A stretch of 64,000 nucleotides of DNA from the human T2T-CHM13v2.0 reference genome, Homo sapiens (GCF_009914755.1 NC_060927.1), one strand, 5' to 3'. Numbered from the stretch's first letter, positions 26,300 to 44,789 are shown. Notes: a model not told the origin generated them from the letters alone. Numbers and translations: made by a program.

Positions 26300-27800
26300 A
26301 AAAATTTTAATGGCAATATAATGAATATTTAGGAATAACCTCTTGAGACAAATATACAAAATCTTCAATTAAAAAATACCTAGAAATAACAGCTAACCTA
26401 ACAAATATATAAGCTCTGTTTAAAACCTTATTTAAAAGAAAATTTATGTGTCAAACATTTTCACTGGTGCAAATAAATATTGAAAGAAAGAAACAAATAT
26501 TAAGAAAAAATAATGAAAAATTTAAAAATAAATAGAACATAATAAAGATAAAATTAGAAATCAAATTGTAAAGCAGACTTTAGAATTTATAAAGTCAGTA
26601 AAATAATCAATAGCTCTAGAATCACTAGTTAATCCAACTAAGAAAAGAAAAATAAATTATTAATATGCACAAATAATCAAGAAATTAATTGCCAATAAGG
26701 ATGAAATTAAAAGAATAGAAAGAAAATGCATTTTATAACTCTAGGCATAGATATCTGAAAATCTATATGAAATAAATACACTTCTCTAAAAATATAAGTT
26801 ATAAAAAGTATTTATTAGAAAACAGAAAAATTACAGATAATGTGGAAAATATACCTTTTATCGTATATCTACTAGTTGTATCAAAATGTAAAGAAACTGA
26901 TCCATTTTAAAACTGATTCCAGGCATGGAGAAGAAGCAAAGCTTCCCATTAGTTTGTATAATGTCGCCACATCAGTAGCAAAGTCTTATAAAGACAGCAC
27001 AGAGAAAGAAAATTGCAGATCAATATTACTGAAATATTAATCAATTTTACTGCAATATTAATGCAAAAATCCTAAATGAAATACTAGCAAATAATATACA
27101 ATCATATACTAAAAGAATCACTAATCTTTAAAAAGTAAGTTCATTCACACTAATTCAAATTTGTTTAATATTAAGAAATCCATCTATATAACTAACCATT
27201 TTAATCAGTTCATTGACTTGTAATTATGTTCATCTTAATAGATATTAAGTAGATATTTGAAAATTGGAAAACTCCATTCAAGAAACAAAACAAAACCTGT
27301 ATAAGAATATGTATACCAAAGGCCGTTGCCACAATTAGTGGCAATACCCTTGCAATCTACCTATTAAAATTGGTGGAATTGGGGCGATAAGAAAAAGGAG
27401 AAGTAGGAAAAGAGAGATGGAGAAGAAGAGAAGGAAGAGTCAGAAAAAGGAAGAGCAATAGTAACAGGGTCCTAAATTTTAGAAGTCCTTGCACAATTGG
27501 GACAGCCAATGCCAATTGTATTTTACAAGAGGTGAATCTGTCATTCTTTCTTGTTGGTATAATTGAAAATGAGACTGTCCAAGAGAAATATGCAAAAAAA
27601 GAAAAATGCTAGAAATAGGTAGAGATTCAGTAAGGTGGAAACGTACGAACATAAATTTAAAATGTAATAGCTTAGAAACCATAATGGGAATATAAGTGAT
27701 TTAATTGTAAGAAAAAATATATAAAAAACCTTAGAGAGAAATAATAATGTTGTATAAACTTTAGAGGAATTCAAGTATACAATTAAGTAATTAATTAAGA
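26300..27800 (+). mobile_element. Ancient L1M ORF2 remnant
   Basis: A-rich strand with L1 reverse-transcriptase-region motifs (AAAGAAAATTGCAGATCAATAT, ATGCAAAAATCCTAAATGAAATACTAGCAAAT). No ORF remains and boundaries are approximate. Confidence 0.7.
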
Positions 27801-28255
27801 AGATACATTTTAGTATTGGATACTATTAAGAAGATTCATTCTAGTGTTTAATATTTTATGTGTTATAAAATATTATCTTATATAAATATACTCATATGGA
27901 AATATTTATTATCCTTAGTTTGTGACTCCGTAAGGGACATAGCAATCAGCATTCTGTTAAATACATATGCTTTCCACATAACTATAACTCATATTAAAAT
28001 AATATATACAGCTGCCAAAATATTTTCTATTTTAAAGTAATTGGTGTATCTCAATATGAAACATCTTCTCTTTTAAGCATTTATGTATGTATAGTTATTT
28101 TAGTAAATCAGTACAATGCATATTATAATAGAATAACATATATGAAAAGATCCTGGTGTCATCTTGTCAATATGCTTTGTTTCAATTCTAATTCATGCTC
28201 TTGTTGCTTTATTGTCTTGTTGTCATGGTCACACACAATAAATTACAATAAAGTT

Positions 28256-28878
<623 letters not shown>

Positions 28879-31800
28879 CTATGATCTGTAGAACTAGTCC
28901 TTATAGGACAGTTCTTCGAGATAATGCAATACCAACAATATTTGATCTTACAGTCATTTGAACAAACCACGTAAGTAGACACAGAAAACGAATAAAAGAA
29001 CTGAGTGAAGACGAAATCAGGACTGAAACAGAAAAACATTGATGAAACTTCTGAGCAGGAACAAAAACATAAACCAACAATAGCAATGCTCAGAACCCCA
29101 GTGAAGAAGAGGGTGAAGGGCAAGATGAGGACATTTTACCTCTATCCCTTGAAGAGAAGGAAAACAAAGAATACCTAAAATCTCTATTTGAATTATTGAT
29201 TCTGATGGGAAAGCAAAATATACCTCTGGATGGACAGGAGGCCGAAGAAATCCCAGAAGGTCTCTTTACCCTAGATAACTTTCAAGCACTGCTGGAGTGC
29301 CAGATAAATTCTGGTGAAGAGGTTCTGAGAAAGCGCTTTGAGACAACAGCAGTTAACACGTTGTTTTCTTCAAAAACACAGCAGAGGCAGATGGTAGAGA
29401 TCTGTGAGAGCTGTATTCGAGAAGAAACTCTCAGGGAAGAGAGAGAATCACACTTCTTTTCCATTATCACTGACGATGTAGTGGACATAGCAGGGGAAGA
29501 GCACCTAACTGTGTTGGTGGGGTTTGTTGATGAATCTCATAGCCTAAGAGAGGAATTTATAGGTTTTCTGCCTTATGAAGCTGATGCAGAAATTTTGGCT
29601 GTGAAATTTCACACTATGATAACTGAGAAGTGGGGATTAAATATGAAGCATTGTCGTGGTCAGGCTTACATTGTGTCTAGTGGATTTTCTTCCAAAATGA
29701 AAGTTGTTGCTTCTAGACTTTTAGAAAAATATCCCCAAGCTATCTACACACTCTGAACTTCCTGTGCCTTAAATATGTGGTTGGCAAAATCAGTACCTGT
29801 TATGGGAGTATCTGTTGCATTAGGAACAATTGAAGAAGTTTGTTCTTTTTTCCCTTGATCACAACTGCTTTTAGAACTTGACGATGTAATTTCTGTTCTT
29901 TTTCACAACGGTTAAGAAAGGGGTAAAGAACTGAAGGAAATCTGCCATTTTCAGTGGACACGCAGGCATGATGCTTTTGAAATTTTGGTGGAACTCCTGC
30001 AAGCACTTGTTTTAGGTTCAGATGGTATAAATAGTGACACAAATATTAGATGGAGTAACTGTGTAGCTGGCAGAGCATTTATACTCTGCAGTGCAGTAAC
30101 AGATTTTGATTTCATTGTTACTATTGTTGTTCTTAAAAATGTCCTATCTTTTACAAGAGCCTTTGGGGAAAATCTCCAGGGGCAAACCTCTGATGTCTTA
30201 TTTGCAGCTGGTAGCTTGACTGTAGTACTGCATTTACTCAACGAAGTGATGGAAAATATTGAAGTTTATCATGAATTTTGGTTTGAGGAAGCCACAAATT
30301 TGGTAACCAAACTTGATATTCAAATGAAACTCCCTGGAAAATACCACAGTGTTCACCAAGGTAACTTGGAATCTCAGCTAGCCTCTGAGAGTTACTATAA
30401 AGAAACACTAAGTGTCCCAACAGTGGAGCACATTATTCAGGAACTTAAAGATATATTCTTAGAACAGCACCTCAAAGCTCTTAAATGCTTATCTCTGGTA
30501 CCCTCAGTCATGGGACAACTCAAATTCAATACACCGGAGGAACACCATGCTGACATGTGTAGAAGTGACTTACCCAATACTGACACGCTCTCAGCCAAGC
30601 TTCACTGTTGGAGAATCAAATAGAAACACAGGAGGAAAGATATAGAGCTTCCATCCACCATCTATGAAGCCCTCCACCTGCCTGACATCAAGTTTTTTCC
30701 TAATGTGTATGCATTGATGAAGGTCCTGTGTATTCTTCCTGTGATGACGGTTGAGAATGAGTGGTATGAAAATGGACGAAAGCGTCTTAAAGCATATTTA
30801 AGGAACACTTTGACAGACCAAAGTTCGAGTAACTTGGCTTTGCTTAACATAAATTGTGACATAAAACACAACCTGGATTTAATGGCGGACACACACGTTA
30901 AACCCTATACAAGTAAGTCAGAGCTTCCCACAGATAATTCCAAAACCATCGAAAATACCTAGGAGAGTTTTAAAAATAGGCCTTCTTATATTTGATATTT
31001 TAAAGAAAAGCCATATGGTGTATGTAAACCTCTTAATCACTAAATGTCTTTGCCTATAGAACTCCATTGAATACATTAGCCATTGATAATGTACCTGTTT
31101 AAATGGCCCCTGTTTGAACTCTCAGGCTTTGAAAACCTACCTGTTCTTCCAGAAGAGAACATTGAAAGTGCCATGTTTCCTTCTGCGTGTACTCTGCTGA
31201 TGGCACTCTGGAATTGTTTTAGTTAGGTCATTTTAGACATAGCATTTATTATCACTGTGGATCTCTACTTGTTGGGTGTTACAAATTCTTTGAAGAAGTA
31301 TGTTTTGAAGAGGTGCGGGAGGAAGGAATACATTTTATAAAATGTTATAGTGACACCCACAGTTGACCTTTGACTAATAGGAGTTTTAAGTATGTTAAAA
31401 ATCTCTCCTGGACAGTTACAAGAAATTACCGGAGAAAAGCTTGTGAGCTCGCCAAACAAGGATTTCAGTGCAGATTTTGTCTTTCTCTAACTTAAAGGAG
31501 CAAATGACAGTTAAAATTTGAATGGAAGAGCCTGGCGTTGTTCTACATCTCATTGTTGCTGTTTACATTCCTTTGTGGAGCCTACATCTTCCTAAGCTTT
31601 TTAGCCGGTATATGTTGAACACTTCTGTTTCATGGTTAAGACGGAATCAGAGGCCATGGGTACTGACAACTGACTTGTCTGTTTTCTTTCTGTCTTTTTC
31701 CATGACTCTTACCTACTGCCTCATCTTGATTTATAAGCAAAACCTGGAAAACCTACAAAAATAAGGATTGTGGTTTATCTAGAAAACTATGGAAAACATT

Positions 31801-32978
31801 GCTGTTATTTTTGATGAAGAAAATCCATTTTGTATAGTTTATTTCAATCAAAACAAAATGTGAATTTTGTTTAAAAATGGAAAAAAGAAACTTAATCATT
31901 TTATTCACTAAAGGAAAATAATTTACGAGCTTCTAGAAATTTTACTATCATGTAATTAACTCATGTCAGTCTTTTGATACACTATTTTTTTAGTACATTC
32001 TAATACTATAGTGGTAAAGTACATAAATGGAAATTTATGTATATTAGGGTGAAACAAGTAAACAGAGGGAAATAATATATAAAACATGTTATATAGCTAC
32101 TACTTGGGAATGTATGCAAACATCTACCTATATCTTTTTATATTTAATTACTAATAAGCATCTTGCATATGATAAACTGTTAGAATTATTTCTTGTACCA
32201 ATCTATCTCTTAAAAGTTTTCTAGATAAGAGAATAAGAGAAAATTGTGCAACATATTTTCTAACTTTGCTGAAATTATTTTGAGTTAAAGGTTAATGACA
32301 TGTAAGGAAAAAATTATGATGAAATAAGAGGAAAATATAATTAAATGATAGTAATGTGCTACCAGTTGTTTAACTTCCACCTCTTTTTTCCTTTAGGAAA
32401 AAGCTAGCACAAATTTTGTTAATCACAGGCCAACACATTATCCTTCTCTGCGGAAGTTTCAAAGGTGCGGGGAGGTGGAAAACTTAAGTTGACCCTTTCA
32501 TTGCCTCTGAAAGTAATTTCTATAATCTTAACCTCCTGAATTCAGTCTCTGGCATTTTATGATAATGTTAACACTTAGGGAAATCATGTTTTATTCATAT
32601 TTAATGATGATTAATATGTCGCTGCTATATAATCAAGATAAAATAGACTAGTTTCCAAAAGTGTTCTTTTTTATAACAAAGAAAACAGAAATTACTAAGG
32701 ATTCAATGAGGGGTTTAAAACAACTTTAAATTCAACAAAAGAATTATTTTAAAACTTTCACTGATTTTTTTAAAAATCTGAACTTTGAGAATACTTAGAA
32801 AAACAAAATTTCATTTGTTTCAAAAGAAGAAAATCAATCCAATAGAAAAATACAATAATCATTTTCTAACCACTGTATATCAAACAGTTGTGCTTATTGC
32901 TTTAAGCTTTTACAGACCCATTTCTGTGCCATCAAGCTAATATGGGTTCATACTACTCTGGACAAGCTGGAAAAAAAA

Positions 32979-32992
32979 TGTGTGTATATATA

Positions 32993-33034
<42 letters not shown>
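32979..33034. repeat. (TG)n(TA)n microsatellite
   Basis: Directly visible. Confidence 0.95.
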
Positions 33035-33036
<2 letters not shown>

Positions 33037-33289
33037 TTACACTATATAGATATGAGGCAATATGTTACAATAACATAAGTATGGGACAATCTGGAAAATA
33101 TATCCCTTTGAGTCCTCAAGAGTTCTATGATTTGGTCAAATAGATGTTATTCCTAAGCTCCTAGACATGTTTTACTAATTATTTACACAAGAGCTCAAAA
33201 TTATTTGATTTCTGAAGAAAAATTATAAAATATTTTTACTTGATCATAAAATAATTTAGCAAGTACTGTTAGGAAGAAAAGTATTTTTT

Positions 33290-33601
33290 GGCTGGTCATG
33301 GTGGCACATGCCTGTAATCCAGCATTTTGGGAGGCCAAGACCCGCAGATCGCTTGAGCCAGGAGTTGGAGAGCAGACTGGGAAACTTGAGGAATCCCGCC
33401 TCTACAAAAACTGCAAAAATTAGCCGGGCACAGTAGCATACACGTGTAGTCTCAGCTCTTCAGGAAGCTGAGGTAGGAAAGTCACTTAAACCCAGAAGCA
33501 GAGGCTGCAGTAAGCCGAGACTGTGCCACTGCACTCCAGCTTGGGCGACACCAGGAGACCCTGTCTCCAAAAAAAAAAAAAGAAAGAAAAAGAAGAAGAA
33601 A
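33290..33601 (+). mobile_element. AluJ-like element
   Basis: Diverged dimer with GATCGCTTGAGCC and GAGACCCTGTCTC, and an A/GAA tail. Confidence 0.9.
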
Positions 33602-33680
33602 GGGATTTCTTTTGTGTGCTAAATTGCAATTGGCTTAGGAAAAATTATGTTATGTGTACCCTTAAAAACTTTTTTCTTTT

Positions 33681-37138
<3,458 letters not shown>

Positions 37139-37472
37139 AAAACTGCTTTTTTGTATCCATCCACTTCAATTCCCCTTTCAAACCCTTTAATGCCATTTAA
37201 TTATGTTGCTTCCCGGAGGAATATATTTCCTTCTGTCCTATATCAGTGATGTACCTTAGCTTAAGATAGAAATTCATTAGTGTAGACATGGCTTAAGTAG
37301 TCTCTAATAATAATTTTTAACAGATTATCTCATCATTTCTCATATCTACAAAAAGTCTGTGAAAAATATCTTTATTGGATCAATAAAGATCCCATTTAGC
37401 TTAATGTATGGTTTCAAGTAAATGATGTGCTACTCACTGTAAAAATTTCTCACTTAAAAATATTGGATTATT

Positions 37473-37968
37473 CTTTCTGTTAAGTTTATTGTCCTCCAGG
37501 CTCATCCATGTTGGAGCAAATGGCAAGATCCTATTCTTTGTGAGGGTTAAATAATATTTGATTGCATATATGTACCACAAAATGATCTCACTTCTATGTG
37601 GAGTTTTAAAAAGTATTCAACTATACAAAGATAGAGAACAAAACAGCAGTTATCAGTGGCAGGGGATAGGGAAAGAAATGGAAAGATATAAGTCAAGAGA
37701 TAAAGTAGCAGATATACAGGAAGAGCAAGTCTAGAGATCTAATACACAACATGAGAACTATAGGCAATATACCTGTAATGTATATGGGATTCATGCTAAA
37801 TGAGTAGATTTTAGCTGCTTTTGCCACACACTCAAAAAAAGGTAACTGAAATAATGCAAAGTGTTCATTTGCTCACAGTACTATCTATATGCATTTTTAC
37901 TGTCTATATGCACCTTATAATATCATGTTGTATACCTTAATTATACAAAATATAATTTTTATGAAAAT
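37473..37968 (+). mobile_element. Old L1MA 3' end with a short inverted 5' segment
   Basis: Sense 3'UTR from about 37583 (ATGATCTCACTTCTATGTGG..ATGTTGTATACCTTAA) is preceded by an antisense L1 piece at about 37480-37579. A 13-bp TSD ATATTGGATTATT lies at 37460-37472 and 37969-37981. Confidence 0.85.
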
Positions 37969-37996
37969 ATATTGGATTATTTTTGAGAGAATGAAT

Positions 37997-38672
37997 CTTT
38001 ACAAATACACATAATTGTCATTTTAGCTTTTTAATTATAAATACACATACACACAAGCATGCACTTAGAGAATGTTCTCATTTTCTGAACTACAGATGGT
38101 TCTTTAGTAAATGTAACCTAGGTGATTCAATAATAACATGATTTTAAATAACTATAAGCCTCAGTTATTCCTTGTTCTCATTTAATTCAGTTTCCATGTC
38201 TCCCACCATTAGCCTTTGTAATAGTTTAATAGTGCATTCTATCTCTCTCCTTCTCTTTCAAACTTATTTTGTAATGACTCAAACTTTAGAGGACTTCTTG
38301 AGAATGGATCAATGTCTGAAAAACTTGACAATTAGATAGCATTAACATTGACACAAAAGCTTAAACTTGTTTGTAATATTCAATTATTTTGTCTTTTTAT
38401 CATTATAACCTTGCTTTTGTCAAAACTGTAAATGATGACCTGTTTCTACAGTTTGAGTAAAAACTGATACCTTTAAAAATATGCATAATAGCCATTTTAG
38501 CTTTTTTATTATAAATACACATACACACACATGCACTTAGAGAGCGTCCTCATTTTCTGAACTACAAATAGTTATTTAGCAAATTTAACCTAGGTTATTC
38601 AATAATAATATGATTTAAAATAACTTCAGGCCTCAGTTATTCCTTGCCCTCATTTAATTCAGCTTCCATGTC
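37997..38672 (+). repeat. Spaced direct repeat: two ~203-bp copies (37997-38200 and 38471-38672)
   Basis: The copies align co-linearly, for example CATTTTAGCTTTTT.ATTATAAATACACATACACAC, CTCATTTTCTGAACTACA and GCCTCAGTTATTCCTTG..CTCATTTAATTCAG.TTCCATGTC. Confidence 0.95.
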
Positions 38673-39187
38673 ATTTTGGCTTACTTTTCACAGAAAATAT
38701 GCATATGCATAAACGTTTGCAGAATCAAACATAATATGGACATTCTATTGCTACTTTTTTAGTAACACTAAAACATCCATATATAGGCATCTTTTCATAT
38801 ACCTGCCCACTGAGTCTATACTTCAAAAAATAAAATATATAGCAAAAAAAAGAAAATTATTTCTCTGGTTGAGATCTTCAGGGTTCTAGCATTTTTTACT
38901 TCATTTTACCCAGTCCCCCTTTTCCCAGTTTGTGTGGCATGGCAAATAGTATAAAAAGGGAGGAAAAAGCAAATATCAAAAATGCAATGTGCTACACACA
39001 TTGAAAACAATACTAGCAGATATTGAGAAAATTTTTTCTTTCAAATTCCAATACGTATAAACAAATGTAACACAAGTAAGTTTGTACACACTGCCCTGTA
39101 AATTACATTACTTATCCTCTGGTCAGTTCTCTTACAGATTCTCACCTTAGAAAAATTCACAATTCAAAAACAGTTCTCCAGAATGAG

Positions 39188-39491
39188 GTTTTTTGTTTGT
39201 TTGTTTGTTTGTTTTGTTTTGTTTTGTTTTTTTGAGACAGAGTTTTGCTCTTGTTGCCCATGGCTCACTGCAACCTCCACCTCCCGGGTTCAAGCAATTT
39301 TCCTGTCTTGGCCTCCTGAGTGCCTGGGATTCCAGGCATGCACCACCACACCCAGCTAATTTTGTATTTTTAGTAGAGACGGGGTTTCTCCATGTTGGTG
39401 AGGTTGGTCTCAAACTCCTGACCTCAGGTGATCTGCCCGCCTCGGCCTCCCAAAGTCCTGGGATTACAGGTGTGAGCCGCCACACCCAGCC
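39188..39491 (-). mobile_element. AluSp-like element with a ~25-bp internal deletion and a (TTTG)n tail
   Basis: GCTCTTGTTGCCCA joins directly to TGGCTCACTGCAACC. The GGTTTCTCCATGTTGGT diagnostic is present. Confidence 0.93.
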
Positions 39492-40674
39492 TAGCTCTTT
39501 TTTAACCTTTGGGAGAAGGATACGTCTTTGCCTTACTCTTAAAACAAATGCAACACCTATCTTCCATGGCTGTGGTTCTTTTGAAGTTCTATTTCTCACT
39601 GCAGATGACACTGTTTACCTGGAAATAGCTTCTTTTTAGACTGCCAACTCTGTCTTAACTTCAGCCCCAATCTTCACTTCATCACTCTGACATGGATCAG
39701 TATTAAGAAAAATTCTGAAGAATTCAAGGTTTGATTTAGCTCCTTGTTTCTATTTCCCACTGAATCTTGAATTACTGGAAGTAAATTTATTAAGCACTTT
39801 CACATTCTGTCCATGCTCCCATTTCAATCAAAATTTACGTTGACTTTCCCCATTCACCCAGAGTTCTATTTCAAGCTTGCCAAAGAAATATTTACAATTT
39901 GATCAACTGAATCGCATTAATATGCAAATATGACAGTGTTCACCTTAAGATCTTCCTTCCCCCAAATAGCTTCAGTGAGATGTAGCCATTGGAAAGCAAT
40001 GCCTCCTTTACATTGCCTATTTGACCCCACCATAGTAGGCTGACCCCTTTAACAGGCCTAAGCCATATTACACAAGTTCTGACCTACCTTTCATTGGCAA
40101 GGGACAGATCAGGTATCTAATTTTATCATTTCAATGTATGCATATTCATATTCTGAAACTTATAATTTTTTACTTGTTCTCACTTAGAGCACAAGTAAGC
40201 GAGAATCTCTATTGCTGAGTTATACATTAGAATTTTCAAAGCGAGCAGTAAATAAAATGAAAGACAATTGTATTTCTACCAAGAGATACTTTATGGAGTA
40301 TTAACATATCACATCTTCAGGTACAAGTTGAAATTATCTCAGGCCTGAGGTCTGCTCAAATTAGTATGTTGTTAGTAATTTGGAGCAATTATATATGTAA
40401 TGCTCTGCCATTAATACATTGAATCCACAATTATGCATGTTCTGTAAATGATACATCTATAAAAACAATAAAAACAAATTTGGCTTTACCAGATACCAGC
40501 AAAACTTTTATCACATTGCGGGCCTTTGGAAATATTTCTGCCATCAAGCATATTTAAGATGATTTCCAAGGTCTTGCAAAATTGACTACATATGTTGAAG
40601 ACCGAATAAAAATGAAGGATGCTCTATTAGTGTCAGTTTTCTTAATAGTAGTATAGATTATTAAGCTCCACTAG

Positions 40675-41192
<518 letters not shown>

Positions 41193-43831
41193 CATTATTT
41201 GGCAAAATAGTTTTTTGAAAATACTCTTTTGTTATAAGGCTATGAACAAAGTAAATATCTTCTAAGGACTTTTTTTTTTGTTAATTCCAAGCTTGTAGTC
41301 ACATACAGTTTAAAGTGTTCTTATTTTTTTAAATCTTTATACAAATGATTATTCCATGTCTTTCATTCACATCTTCATCTGGCAGACACTTCCTTCGTTG
41401 GTGAAGTTAAGATAAAATAAATTTTTATTACACTTGGCAGACCTTGGGATAAGGTGGCGTATAGTGAGATAAGCTGCTTATTAGGAGAAGGTAGGCAGAT
41501 ATTAGATTATAAATTCATAGAGTAATTTATTATGTAAATTTAAAAATTAAATGTAACAAATATGACTTTTATTGCACAATCATTTTACAATAAGTATTTG
41601 TTTATTCCTCTGAAATTTATTTTATCTTAACTTTGTAATAATCTGGAACTAAACATCAGGAGTACAGAAAAAAATACTTACTTGTTCCTGAGGAATTTAA
41701 AGGCTAATAATAGAAGGAAGAGTCAATTTAAACAGGTGAAAGTAATATAATGTGGCTCAAAGGAATCTTGAAAATGTTTTACAGCAGTCCAAAAGAGAAT
41801 AATTGGCTCTCTTTGAATAATATGCTTAAGCTTATTATTTATATGCTTATATGAAAATAAATATATTAATACTGATAAATAAGAACAGCTATATTAATTT
41901 AATGTTTATTGTGTACTAGGGAATGTGCTGTTTTGCACAGTTTTAAGTTGGGGGATGCTCTTCATTGTGTGGAATTAGAAACAGTTTTCAAGAAGTTAGA
42001 TAATAGTTTCAAAGTCTCACAACTTGGGAAAAATGCGATTCAAATTCAGGTATTTTGTTACATTTAACTGTGTTTAAATTTAAAACATGGAAAGATGGTA
42101 CTAGGGGAGAACTCTGTTGTGGAGAGAGTGTCAGTGTGAGTCAGGAAACTCGAAGTTTTAGCCCCAACTATGCCATTTTTTTTTTGGTTTTTTTTTGGCC
42201 TTATGACTTTAAGTCACAATTTACACTGAGTTTGATAAATTAGATATAATTATACTCACATCCTGTATCATGGATTTTTTGTAGCATTGGTAGATGAAAC
42301 CATGTTTAAGCAAGAAAGCACTATAGAAATTAAGGTATTTTACAACTCCAGCTAATATCACTCTCCAATGATTTTGTTTGTTTTCAATTTACTGGTCATA
42401 CTATGCTTTGTTAAATGCTACTATCAGGTATGTCTTTCTCTACCTTGCCAACTGACGCCTATTCATCCTTCAAAACCTCATGAACTTTTAAGATCCTCTG
42501 AAATGCCTCTTTCATTCTCATGTTGTATGTGCTCATTGTACTTGATACAAGAGGAGAATTATAGCACGTAACCACTCCGTGTTGGTGTGATTGCTCTTGG
42601 TCTATCAGATCTGCCACTAGACTGTGAGATGATTACTTTATCCCCAGTTCCTGGAAAATACTGAATACTTCATGAATTGGTGTAGACATAAAAATTAAGA
42701 TTTCAAAATAAAATATATTGGTTCAAATATATGCATTCTTATGGTTAACTTGGTTAGGCAAGAACCTTGTATTACAGTCTGTAAACAGTGAGAATGCCTT
42801 TCAAAAGGAGAAAATGGACTTTGATTATTTTCAAAAGGATATTAGATTTATAATACTCAAGAAAAAAAGACAATTCAGAAGGAAGAATAAAATTATTTTT
42901 GCTCTGAAAAAAGAGAGAATGAATTAACAATTCTAGTAACAGGGTTCATCATCATTTATTTTTAAGTTTGCTATTTGAAAACTTTTTTAACTTAATTGTT
43001 TAGTGTGGATTCCCTACCTCATCCCCCAAAATTTCATATTTCACTATTCTTTCCACAGCATTAGTTTATGCTCTTAGATTTTCTTGGATAACTCAGTATA
43101 TATCTCTTTCTGTTAAATTTAAAACATATTTATTATCAACATTGCATACCGTATATTGGAAGGCAAAAGTATTTTCCCATTATGTAATGTTATTTATAAA
43201 CCAAACTGAGGAAAACCTTCACAGCCTCAGTAGAGAGGAGATAATAGTGTTTTTAAATTCATTCTTTCTGCATATTTTATCATAAATCATTTTAGGACAC
43301 ACCTTTTTAATGCACAGATGCTCTTAATTAGATCAGCATTGTCATAGAAACTATGCTCTCTTTTTGACTATTGCCAACAGCAGCAAAACATCCATTTCCT
43401 TATAATTGATTCTCAAGTTTATTTAAAACGTTCTATATGAGGCATAGCCTATTGAAATGACTCACCATGTTTATGGGAATACTGGAGGATAAGAGTTATT
43501 TTTGAATGATTTTATCATATTAAATGTAGAATAGAAATATAAACTTTGAAAAATATGTAATAATAATTTTTACTATATGGTTTCAATAACTTTTCAATTT
43601 TAAAAGTATTGCTCTTTATAACGATATGAGTAGTTAAATCCAAAAACAACACTGGGAGAGCCTCCATGAACTAAATATTGGACTGGGCTTTAGAAATATA
43701 CAAATAAATGAAAACTTACCTGTTTTCTCAGGAACATCCCGAATCAGATCAGTAAGTATCTGTATTGTCACATTACTTCACAGAAGTTCAAAAGATCCAG
43801 GATACAGGTACTCTCTTCTAACTTATTTAAG

Positions 43832-44073
43832 AACAATGAGAACACATGGACACAGGAAGGGGAACATCACACACCGGGGCCTGTTGTGGGGTGGGGGGAG
43901 GGGGGAGGGATAGCATTAGGAGGTATACCTAATGTTAAATGATGAGTTAATGGGTGCAGCACACCAACATGGCACATGTATACATATGTAACTAACCTGC
44001 ACGTTGTGCACGTGTACCCTAGAACTTAAAGTATAATAAATAAATAAAAAAAAGAAGTCAAAAAAAAAAAAAA
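43832..44073 (+). mobile_element. Heavily 5'-truncated L1PA4/5-like 3' end
   Basis: GAACAATGAGAACACATGGACACAGG..G-rich tract..CCCTAGAACTTAAAGTATAATAAA, followed by poly(A). Confidence 0.95.
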
Positions 44074-44579
44074 GAAAATTCTCATTTCACCATTCTTCAG
44101 GCAAAGAAATTGCAATTCCTATTGCAAAGGTAAATTCATTTATACACTTAACAAATATTTGGGTTTCCAGTAAATGAAAACACAAAAATGGGTTAAGGGG
44201 CTATTAATTATTTTCAATGCTTCCACTCTAATAAATAACAATGGCTAACAGTTGCTATAAAATAGTGTTTTAACATACCAAGAACCATAAAAAAAGTGTT
44301 TGCAAAATGAATAGATCATATGAGAGAGTTTCAAAAATGTTTTTTCAAAAATGTTTCCCCAAAATATATTTTCTTCTTTTACACTCCTCTCTTTTAGAGA
44401 AAATCTTCTCTTTGAAGCCAGAGCAGTGGATTTTACAACCTGTATATTTCACTTCTTTCTATCTTTTGTGCACTAAATTACCTCCTGTTACTTTCAAGTC
44501 TGTTAAACAGATTGAAAACAACTGCTTTAAAGGAAAGGCCATCACCTTTGAAGCCTGACATGGCTGGATTACAATCTTC

Positions 44580-44720
44580 ACTTTTATTTTCTAGATGAGT
44601 GAGCCAATTACATAACTTTCTTAATCCTCAGTATTCACATCTGTAAAATGAGGTGATAATACCTGGTTTACCCTGGATTAAATTATGCAGTGCACTTATA
44701 GCACCTAGTAAAATGTCCCA
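44580..44720 (+). mobile_element. MIR fragment
   Basis: CCTCAGTATTCACATCTGTAAAATGAGGTGATAATACCT core. Confidence 0.7.
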
Positions 44721-44789
44721 GCACTTTAATGGCTGCCCTTTTATAGCATGATTTTCAAGTGGGACATTAAAAAGGGATTAATAAAGTAA

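Noticed and set aside
29196-30962. ORFs of 186, 212 and 85 aa resembling a hAT transposase, as a possible novel transposon or gene
   Set aside because: They are consecutive pieces of the THAP12 reading frame separated by nonsense codons. There are UTRs and an A tail but no terminal inverted repeats, so this is a retrocopy of a domesticated gene.
37997-38672. Direct repeats read as a CRISPR array or an LTR pair
   Set aside because: There are only two long units, with no TG..CA termini, primer-binding site or polypurine tract, and the context is eukaryotic.
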